A stretch of DNA of 64,000 nt from contig NC_043011.1 in the NCBI RefSeq assembly GCF_006345805.1, positions 67,468,464 to 67,532,463 of the forward strand, in the 5' to 3' direction. Below the pieces are notes generated by a model that made no database searches, was not told the DNA's origin, and saw nothing but the letters and a program-made list of their open reading frames with translations. Made by a program: the position numbers and the translations under genes. Origin of the DNA: Octopus sinensis (lineage: Eukaryota). Shown one piece after another: positions 36,166 through 49,702 of the stretch. Within the stretch, counting starts at the first letter, position 1. Every line of letters begins with the position of its first letter.

Positions 36166-36723
36166 CGTATTGAATATGGTCCTGCAGTACGCTCTGAAAC
36201 AATTTCATACCAAATACCAGAAAATAACTAACAGGGCCTAAGAAAGACATATCGGTTTTTAGATAAACATTCGTGTCATTCGCATTGATATTGATTAAAG
36301 GATGTTGCTTCCTTTTAAATCTCTGACTTTGTATTACAGGATAAAAGATGTCTCCGCTTATTTTGAAGAAGACAAAAGTTTAATTGTCATTGAGGATCTA
36401 CTCCGCTGACAGAATTAAAATCCACTTACAGACGGCAACTTGAAAGAACAAATAGATATAGAGAACAGAAAACTAAAGAAATATTTTAATAATCCAGTCA
36501 AGGGATGAGAGCCACAACAACTTTTCTTGACAGAAGATGCAAGGATATTATTTGGGACAGCAACGGAGATTTGTTTTATGTCACTGTTCTAAAATAAGTT
36601 TTGATGCTACAAAATATTTTGGATGTTCTTTCATTTCTCCGTTGTATTATATTTTGGTCTGACCACTAAGAGAAGATTGTTCTCAAGAAATTTCAGCAAA
36701 TGCCAGAACGTAAATTTAAATGT

Positions 36724-36861
<138 letters not shown>

Positions 36862-36869
36862 ATTTAAAT

Positions 36870-37165
36870 TTGTCCTTGGTCAAAAGACACTTGTTGTTAT
36901 GTCCTGTTATTTATATTTGTGTAACATTTCTGTTTTTATTTTCTCCGTCCTTGTTTCGTATACATTCGCTGCTTTCTTCCAAGGAATCTAATGCTCTTAG
37001 CTTATCTTTCCTTGGGAATCGCCAGATTAGAGCAATCTCGAGTATAACCAGCCGAAATTGCAAAGATAGTCTGGAACTCGACTGAGGATAGAAAACTCCG
37101 AATCACCCGTCCTTGTTTTCCTTGTATCGTCTGTCTGCATATTTTGCGTTCTTGTCCCATTTTTG
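36870..37165 (+). repeat. Dispersed repeat; partial second copy at 13468-13600
   Basis: Shared AACCAGCCGAAA.TGCAAAGATA..TCGACTG....AGAAAACTCCGAATCACCCGTCCTTGTTTT. Confidence 0.75.
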
Positions 37166-37169
37166 TATG

Positions 37170-37282
<113 letters not shown>

Positions 37283-38002
37283 TGTTGTGTCTGGGAGGAG
37301 TCATTATGTCTTTACGCCTTATTGACTAACACTATCACCGGTTCGATTTCCATTCGGTTCATTTATATATTTTTCCCCAGAATTTTCTTTGCTTTTTGCA
37401 ACCTTCTCAATATTTGTCGACTCTATCCGTTATCGGTGTTCCGTTCCTTTTCTTTGTTTGTGCGCATGTGTGTGCATCAGCATGATTGTGCATACACATA
37501 TGTATGTACGTATGTATGTATGTATCTATGTATGTTTGTATGTATGTATGTATGTATGTATGTATGTATGTATGCATGTATGTATGTGTGTTTATGTGTG
37601 TGTGTCTGTGTGTGTGAGTATGCATATATGTATGTATGTGTGTACTATCTATGTATGTATTCTGCATATTCATGCTTTTGTGGGGGGGGGGGGGGGTGTT
37701 TGTATGTGTGTGTGTGTCTGTGTAAATCTTTTGACCACAGATTATGCTTTATTACAACGCTGATATAAATGACAAAGAAATTTCTAATACATTCGTCAGC
37801 AGATAAATCTACGACACAAAAGGCAAATATATAAGCCTATACATTATAGATATTTATCATCAAACAAAACGACATCGAGTAGGACAACACGGTTCCAAAT
37901 CTCTGTAAATCACTCGGGGCTGTCTTCACGATGCCTGAAACGGGAACCTCAACAGACAGTTTGCTTTAAGAAAACCTAAACTGATAAAGAACAAAAACAC
38001 CC

Positions 38003-38365
38003 TTTACTCTTTTACTTGTTTCAGTCATTTGACTGCGGTCATACTGCAGCACCGCCTGTAGTCGAGCAAATCGACCCCAGGACTTATTCTTTGTAAGCCT
38101 AGTACGTATACTATCGGTCTCTTTTGCCGAACAGCTAAGTTACGGGGACGTAAACACACCAGCATCGCGACAAACACAGACATATACACAGATACATATA
38201 TACGACGGGCTTCTTTCAGTTTCCGTCTACCCAATCCATTTACAAGGGTTTGATCGGCCCGAGGCTGTAGTAGAAGACACTTTCCCAAGATGCCACGCTG
38301 TGGGACTGAACCGGTACCATGTGGTTTGTAAGCAAGCTACGTACCACACAGCCACTCCTACGCCT
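38003..38365 (-). mobile_element. SINE family A, full length
   Basis: Reverse complement matches 22034-22430 from head GGCGTAGGAGTGGCTGTGTGG to tail. Confidence 0.9.
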
Positions 38366-38475
38366 ATATACCCTGTCATAAAAATCCCGTCACAATGTCG
38401 TCTGATTTACTTCTTCTCAAAGCAATATGGAATCGGAAATTAGTTGCAGTATTTATTTCAGATGTAACAGATAGG

Positions 38476-38692
38476 CGTGAGGTGGCTGAGAGGTAAAAAG
38501 CTCGCTTCTCAACCACATGGTTCCGGGTTCAGTCTCACTGTAAAGCAGTTTGAGCAAATGTCTTCTACTATAGTCTTGGGGTGAAAAAAGGCTTGTGAAT
38601 GGAGGTGGTAGACGTTTCGGGGTAAATAAAATAACTACTAGTGGAGCAGTGGAGTCAATGTAATGGACTTAACCCTCACCAAAGTTGCTGGC
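38476..38692 (+). mobile_element. SINE family A 5' part followed by a SINE family B tail fragment (left flank of the satellite)
   Basis: GGCGTGAGGTGGCTGAGAGG..CAACCACATGGTTCCGGGTTCAGTC; then GGGGTAAATAAAATAACTACTAGTGGAGCAGTGGAGTCAATGTAATGGAC, resembling the reverse complement of 22706-22745. Confidence 0.65.
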
Positions 38693-41600
38693 CTTACATC
38701 TGGCGACTTGGGTATAGCTTCAAATTTTCTTACATCTTGTGCCCTGGGTATAGCCATCCAATTTCTTACATCTGGCGAACTGGGTATAGCCTCAAAGTTT
38801 CTTACATCTCACGCCCTGGGTATAGCCTCCAAGTTTCTTACATCTTGCGCCCTAGTTATAGCTTCCAAGCTTCTTACATCTGGCGCCCTGGGTACAGCCT
38901 CCAAGTTTCTTACATTTGGCGCCCTGGGTATAGCCTCCAAGCCTCTTACATCTGGCATCCTAGGTATAGCCTCCAAGCTTCTTACATCTGGCAAACTGTA
39001 TATGGCCTCCAAGCATCTTATATCTGGCACCCTAGGTATAGCCTCCACGTTTCATACATCTAACGCCCTGGGTATAGCCACCAAATTTCTTACATCTGGC
39101 GCCCAGGGTATAGCCTCCAAGTTTCTTATATCTGGCGCCCTCGGTATAGCCTCCAAGCTTCTTACATCTGGAGCCCTGGGTATAGCCTCCAAGTTTTTTA
39201 CATCTGGCAAACTGGGTATAACCTCCAAGCTTCTTACAGCTGACGCCCTGGGTATAGCCTCCAAGTTTCTTACATCTGGCGGCCTGGGTATAGCCTCCAA
39301 ACTTCTTATATCTGGCACCCTGTGTATAGCTTCAAAGCTTCTTACATCTGGCGCTCTGGGTATAGCCACCAAAATTCTTAAATCTGGCACTCTGAGTATA
39401 GCCTCCAAGCTTCTTATAACTGGAACCCTGTGTATAGCCTCCAAGCTTTTTACATATGGCGCATTGGGTATAGCCTCAAAGCTTCTAACATCTGGCGCAC
39501 TGGGTACAGCCTCCAAGCTTTTTATATTTGGCGCCCTGGGTATAGCCACCAAGTTTCTTACATCTGGCACCCTGGGTATAGCCTCCAAGCTTCTTGCATC
39601 TGGCGCCCTGGGTATAGCCTCCAAGCTTCTTATATCTGACGCCCTGAGTATAGCCTCCAAGCTTCTTACATCTGGGGCCCTGGGAATAGCCTCCAAGTTT
39701 CTTAAATCTGGCGCCCTGGTTATAGCCTCCAAGCATCTTATATTTGGCACCCTGGATATAGCCTCCAAGTTTCTTAATCTAGCGCCCTGGTTATAGCCTC
39801 CAAACCTCTTTCATCTGGCACCCTGGGTATAGCTTCCAAGTTTCTTTCCTGTGACGCCCTGGGTATAGCTTCCAAGCTTCTTACATCTGGCGCCCTGGGT
39901 GTAGCCTCCAAATTTTTTAAAAACTCGCGCACTGACTATAGCCTCCAATTTTCTCACATCTGTCACCCTGGGTATAGCCTTCAAGCTTTTTACATCTGGC
40001 ACTCTGGGTATAGCCTCCAAGCTTCTTACATTTGACACACTGGGTATAGCCTCAAAGCTTCTTACATCTGGTATCCTGGGTGTAGACTCCAAGCTTCTTC
40101 TATCTGGCACCCTGGGTATAGCCTCAAAGCTTCTTACATTTGGTGCCTGGGTATAGCTTCAAAGCTTCATACATCTGGCGCCCTGGGTATGGCCTCCAAT
40201 TTTCTTAAATCTTCAGCCCTGTGTATAGCCTCAGAGCTTCTTACATCTGGCACACCGGGTATAGACTCCAAGTTTCTTACATCTGAGGCCCTGGGTATAG
40301 CATCCAAGTTTCTTACATTTGACGCCCTTGGAATAGCTTCCGAGCTTCTTACATCTAGCGCCCTGGGTATAGCCTCCAAGTTTCTTATATCTGGCACAAT
40401 GGGTATAGACTCCAAGCTTCTTACATCTTGTTCCCTGGGTATAGCCTTCAAGCTTCTTACATCTGACGCCCTGGGTATAGCATCCAAGTTTCTTACATTT
40501 GAGGCCCTGGGTATAGCTACTTACATCTGGTGCCATGGGTATAGCCTCCAAGGTTCTTAAATCTGGCACCCTGGGTATAGCCGCCAAGTTTCTTATATCT
40601 AGCACCTGGGGTATAGCCTCCAAGCTTCTGACATATGGAACCCTGGGTAGAGCCTAAAAGTTTCTTATATCTGGCACATTGGGTATAGCCTCTAAGCTTC
40701 TTACATCTGGCGCACTGGGTATAGACTCCAAGTTTCTAAGATCTGGCAGACTGGGTATAGCCTTCAAGCTTCTTACCTCTGGCGCACTGGGTATAGCCTC
40801 CAAGCTTCTTACATCTGGTGCCATGGGTATAGCTTCCAAGGTTCTTAAATCTGGCACCCTGGGTATAGCCTCCAAGTTTCTTATATCTGGCACCTGGGGT
40901 ATAGCCTCCAAGCTTCTTACATCTGGGGCACCGGGTACAGCCTCCAAGATTCTAACATCTGGCAAACTGGGTATAGCCTTCAAGCTTCTTACCTCTGGCG
41001 GCCTGGGTATAGCCTCTAAGCTTTTTATATTTGGCGCCCTGGGTATAGCCTCCAAGTTTCTTACATCTGGTGCACTGGGTATAGCCTCCAAGCTTCATAC
41101 ATCTGACACCCTGGGAATAGACTCCAAGTTTCTTACATCTGGCGCCCTGGTTATAGCCTCCAAGCATCTTATATTTGGCTCCCGGGATATAGCCTCCAAG
41201 TTTCTTAATCTAGCGCCCTGGTTATAGCCTCCAATCTTCTTTCATCTGGCGCCCTGGGTATAGCTTCCAAGTTTCTTTCCTCTGGCGCCCTGGGTATAGC
41301 TTCCAAGCTTCTTACATCTGGCGCTCTGGCTAGAGCCTACAAGTTTCTTACATCTGGCACCCTGGGTGTAGTCTCCAAGTTTTTTACATCTCGCGCTCTG
41401 ACTATAGCCTCCAAGTTTCTCACATCTGGCACCCTGTGTATAGCCTTCAAGCTTTTTACATCTGGCACTCTGGGTGTAGCCTCCAAGCTTCTTACATTTG
41501 GCACACTGGGTATAGCCTCGAAGCTTTTTACATCTGGTATCCTGGGTTTCAGACTCCAAGCTTCTTATTTGGCGCCTGGGTATAGCTTCAAAGCTTCATA

Positions 41601-44600
41601 CATCTGGCGCCCTGGGTATGGTCTCCAAGTTTCTTAAATCTTCAGCCCTGGGTATAGCCTCCAAGCTTCTTACATCTGGCACACTGGGTATAGCCTCCAA
41701 GTTTCTTACATCTGGCTCCCTGAGTATAGCATCCAAGTTTCTTACATTTGACGCCCTGGGAATAGCCTCCAAGCTCCTTACATCTGGCACACTGTGTAAT
41801 ACCTCCAAGTTTCTTATATCTGGCACCATGGGTATAGACTCCAAGCTTCTTACATCTTGTTCCCTGGGTATAGCCTTCAAGCTTCTTAAATCTGGCAAAC
41901 TGGGTATAGCCTCCAAGTTTCTTACATCTGGCGCCCTGAGTATAGCCTCCAAGCTACTTACATCTGGTGCCAAGGGTATAAACTCCAAGGTTTTTAAATC
42001 TGGCACCCTGGGTATAGCCTCAAAGTTTCTTATATCTGGCACCTTGGGTAAAGCCTCCAAACTTCTTACGTCTGGCGCACTGGGTATAGCCTACAAGTTT
42101 CTAACATCTGGCAAACAGGGTATAGCCTTCAAGCTTCTTTTCTCTGGCGCCCTGGGTATAGCCTCCAAGCTTTTTATATTTGGCGCCATGGGTATAGCCT
42201 CCAAAGTTCTTACATCTGGCGCCCTGGGTATAGACTCAAATCTTCTTACATCTGGCGCCTAGGGAATAGCCTCCAAGCTTCAAACATCTGGCACACTGGG
42301 TATAGCCTCCAAGTTTCTTACATCTGGCACACTGGGTATAGCCTCCAAGCTACTTACATCTGGTGCAATGGGTATAGCCTCCAAGCTTCTTCAATCTGGC
42401 GCCCAGGGAATAGCCTCCGAGTTTCTTATATCTAGCACATTGGGTATAGCATCCAAGCTTCTTAAATCTAGCACAATGGGTATAGCCTCCAAGTGTCTTA
42501 CATCTGGTGCCATGGGTATAGCCTCCAAGGTTCTTTTATCTGGCATCCTGGGTATAGCTTCAAAGCTTAATACATCTGGCACCCTGTGTATGGCCTCCAA
42601 GTTTCTTACATCTGTAATCTGGGGTATAGCCTCCAAGCTTCTTACATCTCGCGCCCTGGGTATAGCCTCCAAGATTCTTATATCTGGCAACCTGGGTATA
42701 GCTTCAAAGCTTCTTACATCTAGCGCCCTGGCAATAGACTCCAGGATTCTTACATATGTCGCCCTGGGTATAGCCCCAAAACATCCTACATCTTGCGCCC
42801 TGAGTATACCCTCCAAGCTTCTTACATCTGACGCCCTGGGTATAGTATCCAAATTTTTACATCTGACGCACTGGGTATAGCCTCCAGTTTCTTATATCGG
42901 GCTCCCTGGGTATAGACTGCAAGCTTCATTCATCTGGTTCCCTGGGTATAGCCTCCAAGCTTCTTACATCAGGCCGCTGGTTATAGTCTCCAAGTTTCTT
43001 ATATCTGGGTCCCTGGGTATAGTTTCCAGGTTTCTTACATCTGGCGCCCTGGGTATAGAGTCCAAGCTTCTTACATCTGGCGCCCTGGGTGTAGCCTCCA
43101 AGCTTCTTATATCTGGCACCTGGGTACAGCTTCAAAGCTTCTTACATCTGGCGCTCTGGCTATTGCCTCCAAGCTTCTTACATCTGGCACTCTGAGCATA
43201 GCCTCCCAGCTTGTTGTATCTGGAACCCTGGTTATAGCCTCCAAGCTTTTTACAACTGGCGCCCTGGGTATAGCCTCCAAGCATTTTATATTTAACGCCC
43301 TGGGTATAGCCTCCAAGTTTCTTACATCTAGTGCCCTGGGTATAGCCTCCAATCTTCTTAAATCAGGAGACCTGGGTATAGCCTCCAAGTTTCTTACATC
43401 TGGCGCCCTGGATATAGCCTCAAAGTTTCTTACATCTGGCACCCTAGATATAGCCTCCCAGTTTCTTATATCTGACGCCCTGGGTATAGCCTACAAGTTT
43501 CTTACATGTGGCGCCCTGGGTATAGCCTCGAATTTTCTTACTTCTGGCAACTTGGGTATAGCGTCCAAGTTTCTTCCATTTGGTGCCCTGGGTATAGCCT
43601 CAAAGTTCCTTAAATATGGCGCCCTGGGTCTAGCCTCCAACCTTCTTACATCTGGCGCCCTGGGTATAACCTCCAATTTTCTTGCATCTGGCGCCCTGTG
43701 TATAGCCCTCAAGCTTCTTACATATGGCACCCTCGTAATCGCCTCCAACTTTCTTACATCTGGCGCCCTGGGTATAGGCTCCAAGTTTCTTACATCTGGC
43801 ACCTTGGGTATAGCCTTCAAGTTTCGTACTTCTGGCGTCCTGGGTATAGCCTCCAATTTCCTTACATCTGGCGCCCTGGGTAGGGCCTCCAACCTTCTTA
43901 CATCTGGCTACATTATAGCCTCCCAGCTCCAGGATTCATTATAGCTACATTATAGCCTCCAAGCGTCTTACATCTGGGTCCCTGGGTATAGCCTCCAAGC
44001 TTCTTCAATCTGGCGCTCTGGGAATAGCCTCCGAGTTTCTTATATCTGGCACATTGGGTATAGCATCCAAGCTTCTTAAATCTGGCACAATGGGTATAGC
44101 CTCCAAGTTTCTTATATCTGGCATCCTGGGTTTAGCCTGCAAGCTTCTTATATCTGGCGGCTGGGTATAGCTTCAAAGCTTCATACATCTGGCGCCCTGT
44201 GTATGGCCTCCAAATTTCTTACATCTGTAATGTCGGGTATATCCTCCAAGTTTCTTACATCTGGCACCATAGGTATAGCCTCCAAGCTTCTTACATCTCG
44301 CGCCCTGGGTACAGCCTCCAAGCTTCTTATATCTGGCAACCTGGGTATAGCTTCAAAGCTTCTTACATCTAGCTCCCTGGCAATAGACTCCAGGATTCTT
44401 ACATCTGTCGCCCTGGGTATCTCCCCGAAACATCCTACATCCTGCGCCCTGAGTATACCCTCCAAGCTTCTTACATCTGACGCCCTGGGTATAGTATCCA
44501 AACTTTTACATCTGACGCCCTGGGTATAGCCTCAAAGTTTCTTATATCGGGCGCGCTGGTTATAGTCTCCAAGTTTCTTACATCTGGGTCCCTGGGTATA

Positions 44601-46573
44601 GTTTCCAGGTTTCTTACATCTGCCGCCCTGGGTATAGCCTCCAAGCTTCTTTAATCTGGCGCCCTGGATATAGCCTCAAAGTTTCTTACATCTGGCACCC
44701 TAGATATAGCCTCCAAGTTTCTTACATCTGACGCCCTGGGTATAGCCTACAAGTTTATTACATCTGGCGCCCTGGGTATAGCTCGAATTTTCTTACTTCT
44801 GGTAACTTGGGTATAGCGTCCAAGTTTCTTCCATCTGGTGCCCTGGCTATAGCCTCAAAGTTCCTTAAATATGGCGCCCTGGGTCTAGCCTCCAACCTTC
44901 TTACATCTGGCACCCTGGGTATAACGTCCAATTTTCTTGCATCTGGCGTCCTGGGTATAGCCCTCAAGCTTCTTACATCTGGCACCCTGGTTATCGCCTC
45001 CAACTTTCTTACATCTGGCGCCCTGGGTATAGGCTCCAAGTTTCTTACATCTGGCATCTTTGGTATAGCCTTCAAGTTTCTTACTTCTGGCGCCCTGGGT
45101 ATAGCCTCCAATTTCCTTACATCTGGCGCCCTGGGTATAGCCTCCAACCTTCTTACATCTGGCTACATTATAGCCCCCCAGCTCCAAGCTTCATTATAGC
45201 TACATTATAGCCTCCAAGCTTCTTACATCTAGCGCCTTCTGTATAGCCTCCAAGTTTCTTATATCTGGCACAATGGGTATAGCCTCCAAGATTCTTTCAT
45301 CTGGCGCCTTCGGTATAGCTTCCAGGCGCCCTGGATTTAGCCTCCAAGTTTCTTACATTTTGTACCCTGGGTATAGCCTCCAAGTTTCTTTTATTTTGTT
45401 CCCTGTGTATAGCCTCCAAGCTTCTTATATCTGACGCCCTGTGTATAGCCTCCAACTTTCTTAAACCTGGCGCCCTGGATTTAGCCTCCAAGTTACTTAC
45501 ATCTGGTGCCCTGGGAATAACCTCCAAATTTCTTTCATCTGTTTCCCTGGGTATAGCCTCCAAGCTTCTTATATCTGGAACCTTTTTATAGCCTCCAAGT
45601 TTCTTACATCTGGCGCCCTGGGTATAGCCTCGAAGTTTCTTACCTCTGACGCCCTGGGTATAGCCTCCAAGCTTCTTACATCTGGCATCTTGGTTATCGC
45701 CTCCAAGTTTCTTACATCTGGTGCCCTGGTTATAGCCTGCAAGTGTCTTACATCTGGCGCCCTGGTTATAGCCTCCAAGCTTCTTACATCTGGCGCCCTG
45801 GGTGTCGCCTCCAAGTTTCTTACATCTGGTGCTCTGGGTATAACATCCAAGTTTCTTACATCTGGTGCCCTTGGTATAGCCTCCAAGCTTCTTATATCTG
45901 ATGCCCTATGTATAGCCTACAAATTTCTTACACCTGGCGCCTTGGATTTAGCCTCCAAGTTTCTTACATCTGGTGCCCTGGGTATAGCCTCCAAGTTTCT
46001 TTCATCTTGTTCCCTGTGTATAGCCTCCAAGCTTCTTATATCTGACGCCCTGTGTATAGCCTCCAACTTTCTTACACCTGGCGCCCTGGATTTAGCCTCC
46101 AAGTTACTTACATCTGGTGCCCTGGGTATAACCTCCAAATTTCTTTCATCTGTTTCCCTGGGTATAGCCTCCAAGCTTCTTATATCTGGAACCTTTTTAT
46201 AGCTTCCAAGTTTCTTACATCTGGCGCCCTGGGTATAGCCTCGAAGTTTCTTACCTCTGACGCCCTGGCAATAGCCTCCAAGCTTCTTACATCTCGCATC
46301 TTGGTTATCGCCTCGAATTTTCTTACATCTGGTACCCTGGTTATAGCCTTCAAGTGTCTTACATCTGGCGCCCCGGGTATAGCCTCCAAGCTTCTTATAT
46401 CTGACGCCCTATGTATAGCCTCCAAGTTTCTTACATCTGGCGCCCTGGATATAGCCTCCAAGATTCTTACATCTGGTGCCCTGGGTATAGCCTCCAAGCT
46501 TCTTACATCTGGCACTCTGTCTATACCTTCCAGGCTTCTTACATCTGGCGCCCCGTGTATAGCCTCCAAGTTT
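38693..46573. repeat. 36-bp tandem satellite, ~7.9 kb, ~220 units; consensus GGGTATAGCCTCCAAG(C/T)TTCTTACATCTGGCGCCCT
   Basis: Contiguous diverged units with no spacers; gives the 12-aa periodic ORFs GIASKFLTSGAL, RAPDVRNLEAIP and GARCKKLGGYTQ. Confidence 0.97.
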
Positions 46574-46910
46574 ACCTTAGGCAAATGTCTTCTCCTATAA
46601 TCCTAGTAAAGCTTTTGTGTGATTTTTATACATGGAAACTGAAGGAAGCCCTGCGCCTATGTGTGTGTGTGTGTTCGCGCGTTGTATTTTTGTGTCTGCG
46701 TTTGTCCCTTCTCACCTCTTGACAAGCGATGCTGGTGTGTTTACATCCTCGAAACTTAACTGTTCGTCAAAATTAATCGACTGAATAAATACTAGGCCTC
46801 AAAAGCAAAATAATTAATTGGATAGGTTGATTCGACCGACCAAAATTTTGGAAAGCGGTGCTCCAGCATGGCCACAGTCTAATGACTGAAACTAGTAAGT
46901 GAATAAAAGT
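46574..46910 (+). mobile_element. SINE family A, 3' two-thirds (right flank of the satellite)
   Basis: ACCTTAGGCAAATGTCTTCTCCTATA..GGAAACTGAAGGAAGCCC..GATGCTGGTGTGTTTAC..GCGGTGCTCCAGCATGGCCACAGTCTAATGACTGAAAC. Confidence 0.85.
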
Positions 46911-46931
46911 TATATGTATATATATATGCGA

Positions 46932-46967
<36 letters not shown>

Positions 46968-47659
46968 GTATATACATAAACACACATGCATATATACATG
47001 TATATGTATGTTGGGGGTGCATGAATGTATGTATGTATGTATGTATGTATGTATGTATGTATGTATGCATGTATGTATGCATGTATGTATGCATGTATGT
47101 ATGAATGTATGTATGTTTGTACCTGCACACCCAAGCATTAAGAGAAACATGAGTGGGCTGTTAGAGCATTGTATTATTGGGAGCAGAACACGAAACCTCT
47201 GCCGATATTTCGAAATCTTATCCATTTGTTCATTTTATAATTCTTCTCATTAATGTTAGAGCCTCAAAACCATAAACTCATTAGATAATCAGTTCATGTG
47301 GCTTGCACTTGTCAAATAGACATACCAAACTGTTTAAAATCTCCCATTTCTTGACGGCAACGACAGCATTTCTTTCGCAGCGTCCGCATCAGTTTCTTAG
47401 AGAAATTTATCTGTCAAACGAGTTGAGTGTGGGGATATTCCAGTAGACACCTCGTGAGAGGCATAGCTAAGGAGAAAGCAACATACGATCAATATAATGC
47501 TTTGAATTCTTTCTGAAATAATAGGAATGGCTTTTAAATCAATGGAAGTAACGAGAGGTCTTGCATCTTGTTAGTTCCAAATTACTAAATTACTTTGGTT
47601 TTCAAGAATTAACAGAAAAATGATAAAAGACGAAATTTGCGAGTTAAAATTGTCTAAGG

Positions 47660-48050
47660 TGTTCTTCCATCAGGATAATGCCCGGCCACGTACTGCAAGG
47701 ATGTCTGTCATTCCAAGGGCTGGAGCAGTTTGAATGGGAAACGATGCCCCACCCACCATATTCGCTGGACATTGCCCAATCTGATTATCAATTATCCCGC
47801 AGTATCCACGACCATTTGGACAGAAAAAATATGAATTCTGTGGACGAAGTCTACACTACTGGGGGAGAATGTTTCGTCTCGGACAATTGGATTTGGAGGG
47901 AGGAGCCTTTCAAGTCCAGCAGATGGATGGAAGAGCATTGCAGAAAATAAAGGAGAGTATATTTTAGATTAAAAGCGAAATTTTTTTACCTTAATTTTGA
48001 AAAATAATATAAGTATAAAAAACCGCATTATTTATGCTATGACCCATTAT
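47660..48050 (+). mobile_element. Mariner transposase C-terminal remnant with probable right TIR
   Basis: FHQDNARPRTAR..EWETMPHPPYSLDIAQSDYQLSRSI (YSPDLAPSD motif) with frameshifts; ends CGCATTATTTATGCTATGACCCATTATA. Confidence 0.85.
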
Positions 48051-48116
48051 ATATCTGTGTGTGTGTGTGTGTGTGGTGTGTGTGTGTGTGAAGGGGTCCA
48101 TGTATGTATACATATA

Positions 48117-48247
48117 CGAGGGGTGTATAAAAAGTTTTGAGCCTTGAAGTATTGTACCTTCATCAGAACTCTTGTACCATGTTTTGCTTTTTTTGTTATT
48201 TGTTTTTTTTTGTTTTTTTAGGCTCAAAACTCTTCATATACTCCTCG
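48117..48247. mobile_element. 131-bp mariner-type MITE with TA target duplication
   Basis: TA|CGAGGGGTGTATAAAAAGTTTTGAGCCT ... AGGCTCAAAACTCTTCATATACTCCTCG|TA. Confidence 0.8.
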
Positions 48248-48265
48248 TACATGTTCGCACACACA

Positions 48266-48314
<49 letters not shown>

Positions 48315-49598
48315 TTATTTATTATGACACTTACATGCATACTTAAACATGAGTGCAGCGTTTGTGGGATTTTTCTTGCAATATGTTCTGTGTATAAAGA
48401 CATACAAAACTCCAAACAACGTCGTCGGACCATCAGATACCACTGTTTCGGCTTGAACTCACCTTTTCAGTGACAGACAACGCCTCGATCCCTAGAAACC
48501 AAGCAAGAACATTTACAGGTAGAGCGCCGTACAATACATGATACCAGTTACGTCCATACATCTTTCACCCTTTCGAACAATGACGTAAAAATTATCGTAT
48601 ACTGCACGGTGAATTCCTTGCCACTAACGTGAGTAAATTCAGGTCTTTTTAGAAATGAAATGACCCAAACAATTGACTAAATTAATTATTCACATACAAA
48701 AAGGCGGAGTAGATTTGCCCTAAGCACTGTCTTTATTAACTAGTGTTACGTGTGGTTTCGGCATAATGGGATAAATAGAACGTGAAGAATGAGCTTAGCT
48801 GTGCTTTGTCCTATGAATATATTCATTTGTGTGCGCTGTCTACGCTATAGGATAACGGTTATATTCTTCCGAGCAGTTTTAAGTTATATAATGCCTTCGG
48901 ATAAATTCCCATTCCACTGCACAACACAACATACATGTATGTATGTGTGCGTGTATATATATATATATATATATAATATATATATGATATATATATATAT
49001 ATATATAATATATAATATATACATAATATATATTATATATATATAATATATATATATTATATATATGTATATGTATACATATACATATATATATATGTAT
49101 GTATATATAATAAATTTATGTATATAAACATATATATATATATACATATATATAATATATATATATGTATATAAATAGTTTATATATTAGAGAGAAGGTG
49201 TGAGAGAGATAAATAGATTTATATGTAAATTTGTGTCGCATATTTGCGTTTGAATACATATATATGTGTAAGTGTGTGTGTCTGTCTGAATGTCTGTGTG
49301 TGTATGTGTCTTTATATAGATATGTGTTTGTGCACATTCATGGTTGTCTACGTTTAAGCACACACGTACACAAACACACACACATACACACACACACACA
49401 CATATATATATATCCATACATGCCTATATATATGTTTGTGAATATGTGTGTGTCCGCTTGTGTGTATGTGTGTCGGTGTGTGAGTGTGTGGATGTAAGCA
49501 CAAGTGTGTATATGTATATATGATAGGCGTATATTTACAGGCCTATTATGCGTGCGGATGTACACATCTATGTATATGACTGTACTTATTTCCAAAAC

Positions 49599-49702
49599 TC
49601 TTCTTCTTCTTCTTCTTCTTCTTCTTCTTCTTCTTCTTCTTCTTCTTCTTCTTCTTCTTCTTCTTCTTCTTCTTCTTCTTCTTCTCCTTCTTCTTCTTCT
49701 TC
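49599..49702. repeat. (CTT)n / (GAA)n trinucleotide tract, ~34 units
   Basis: Direct reading. Confidence 0.95.

Noticed and set aside
37075-37115. CTGAGGA..CTCC-GAAT..GTC motif (homologue at ~13505-13540)
   Set aside because: GAAT instead of GAAA, no consistent helices, and the core is not conserved between the two copies
38693-46573. 36-bp repeat as a CRISPR array
   Set aside because: Units are contiguous with no unique spacers, there are no cas genes, and the context is eukaryotic
39052-46584. RAPDVRNLEAIP ORFs as a leucine-rich-repeat gene
   Set aside because: The period is 12 aa, frames break repeatedly at non-triplet indels, and equally long ORFs exist on the other strand
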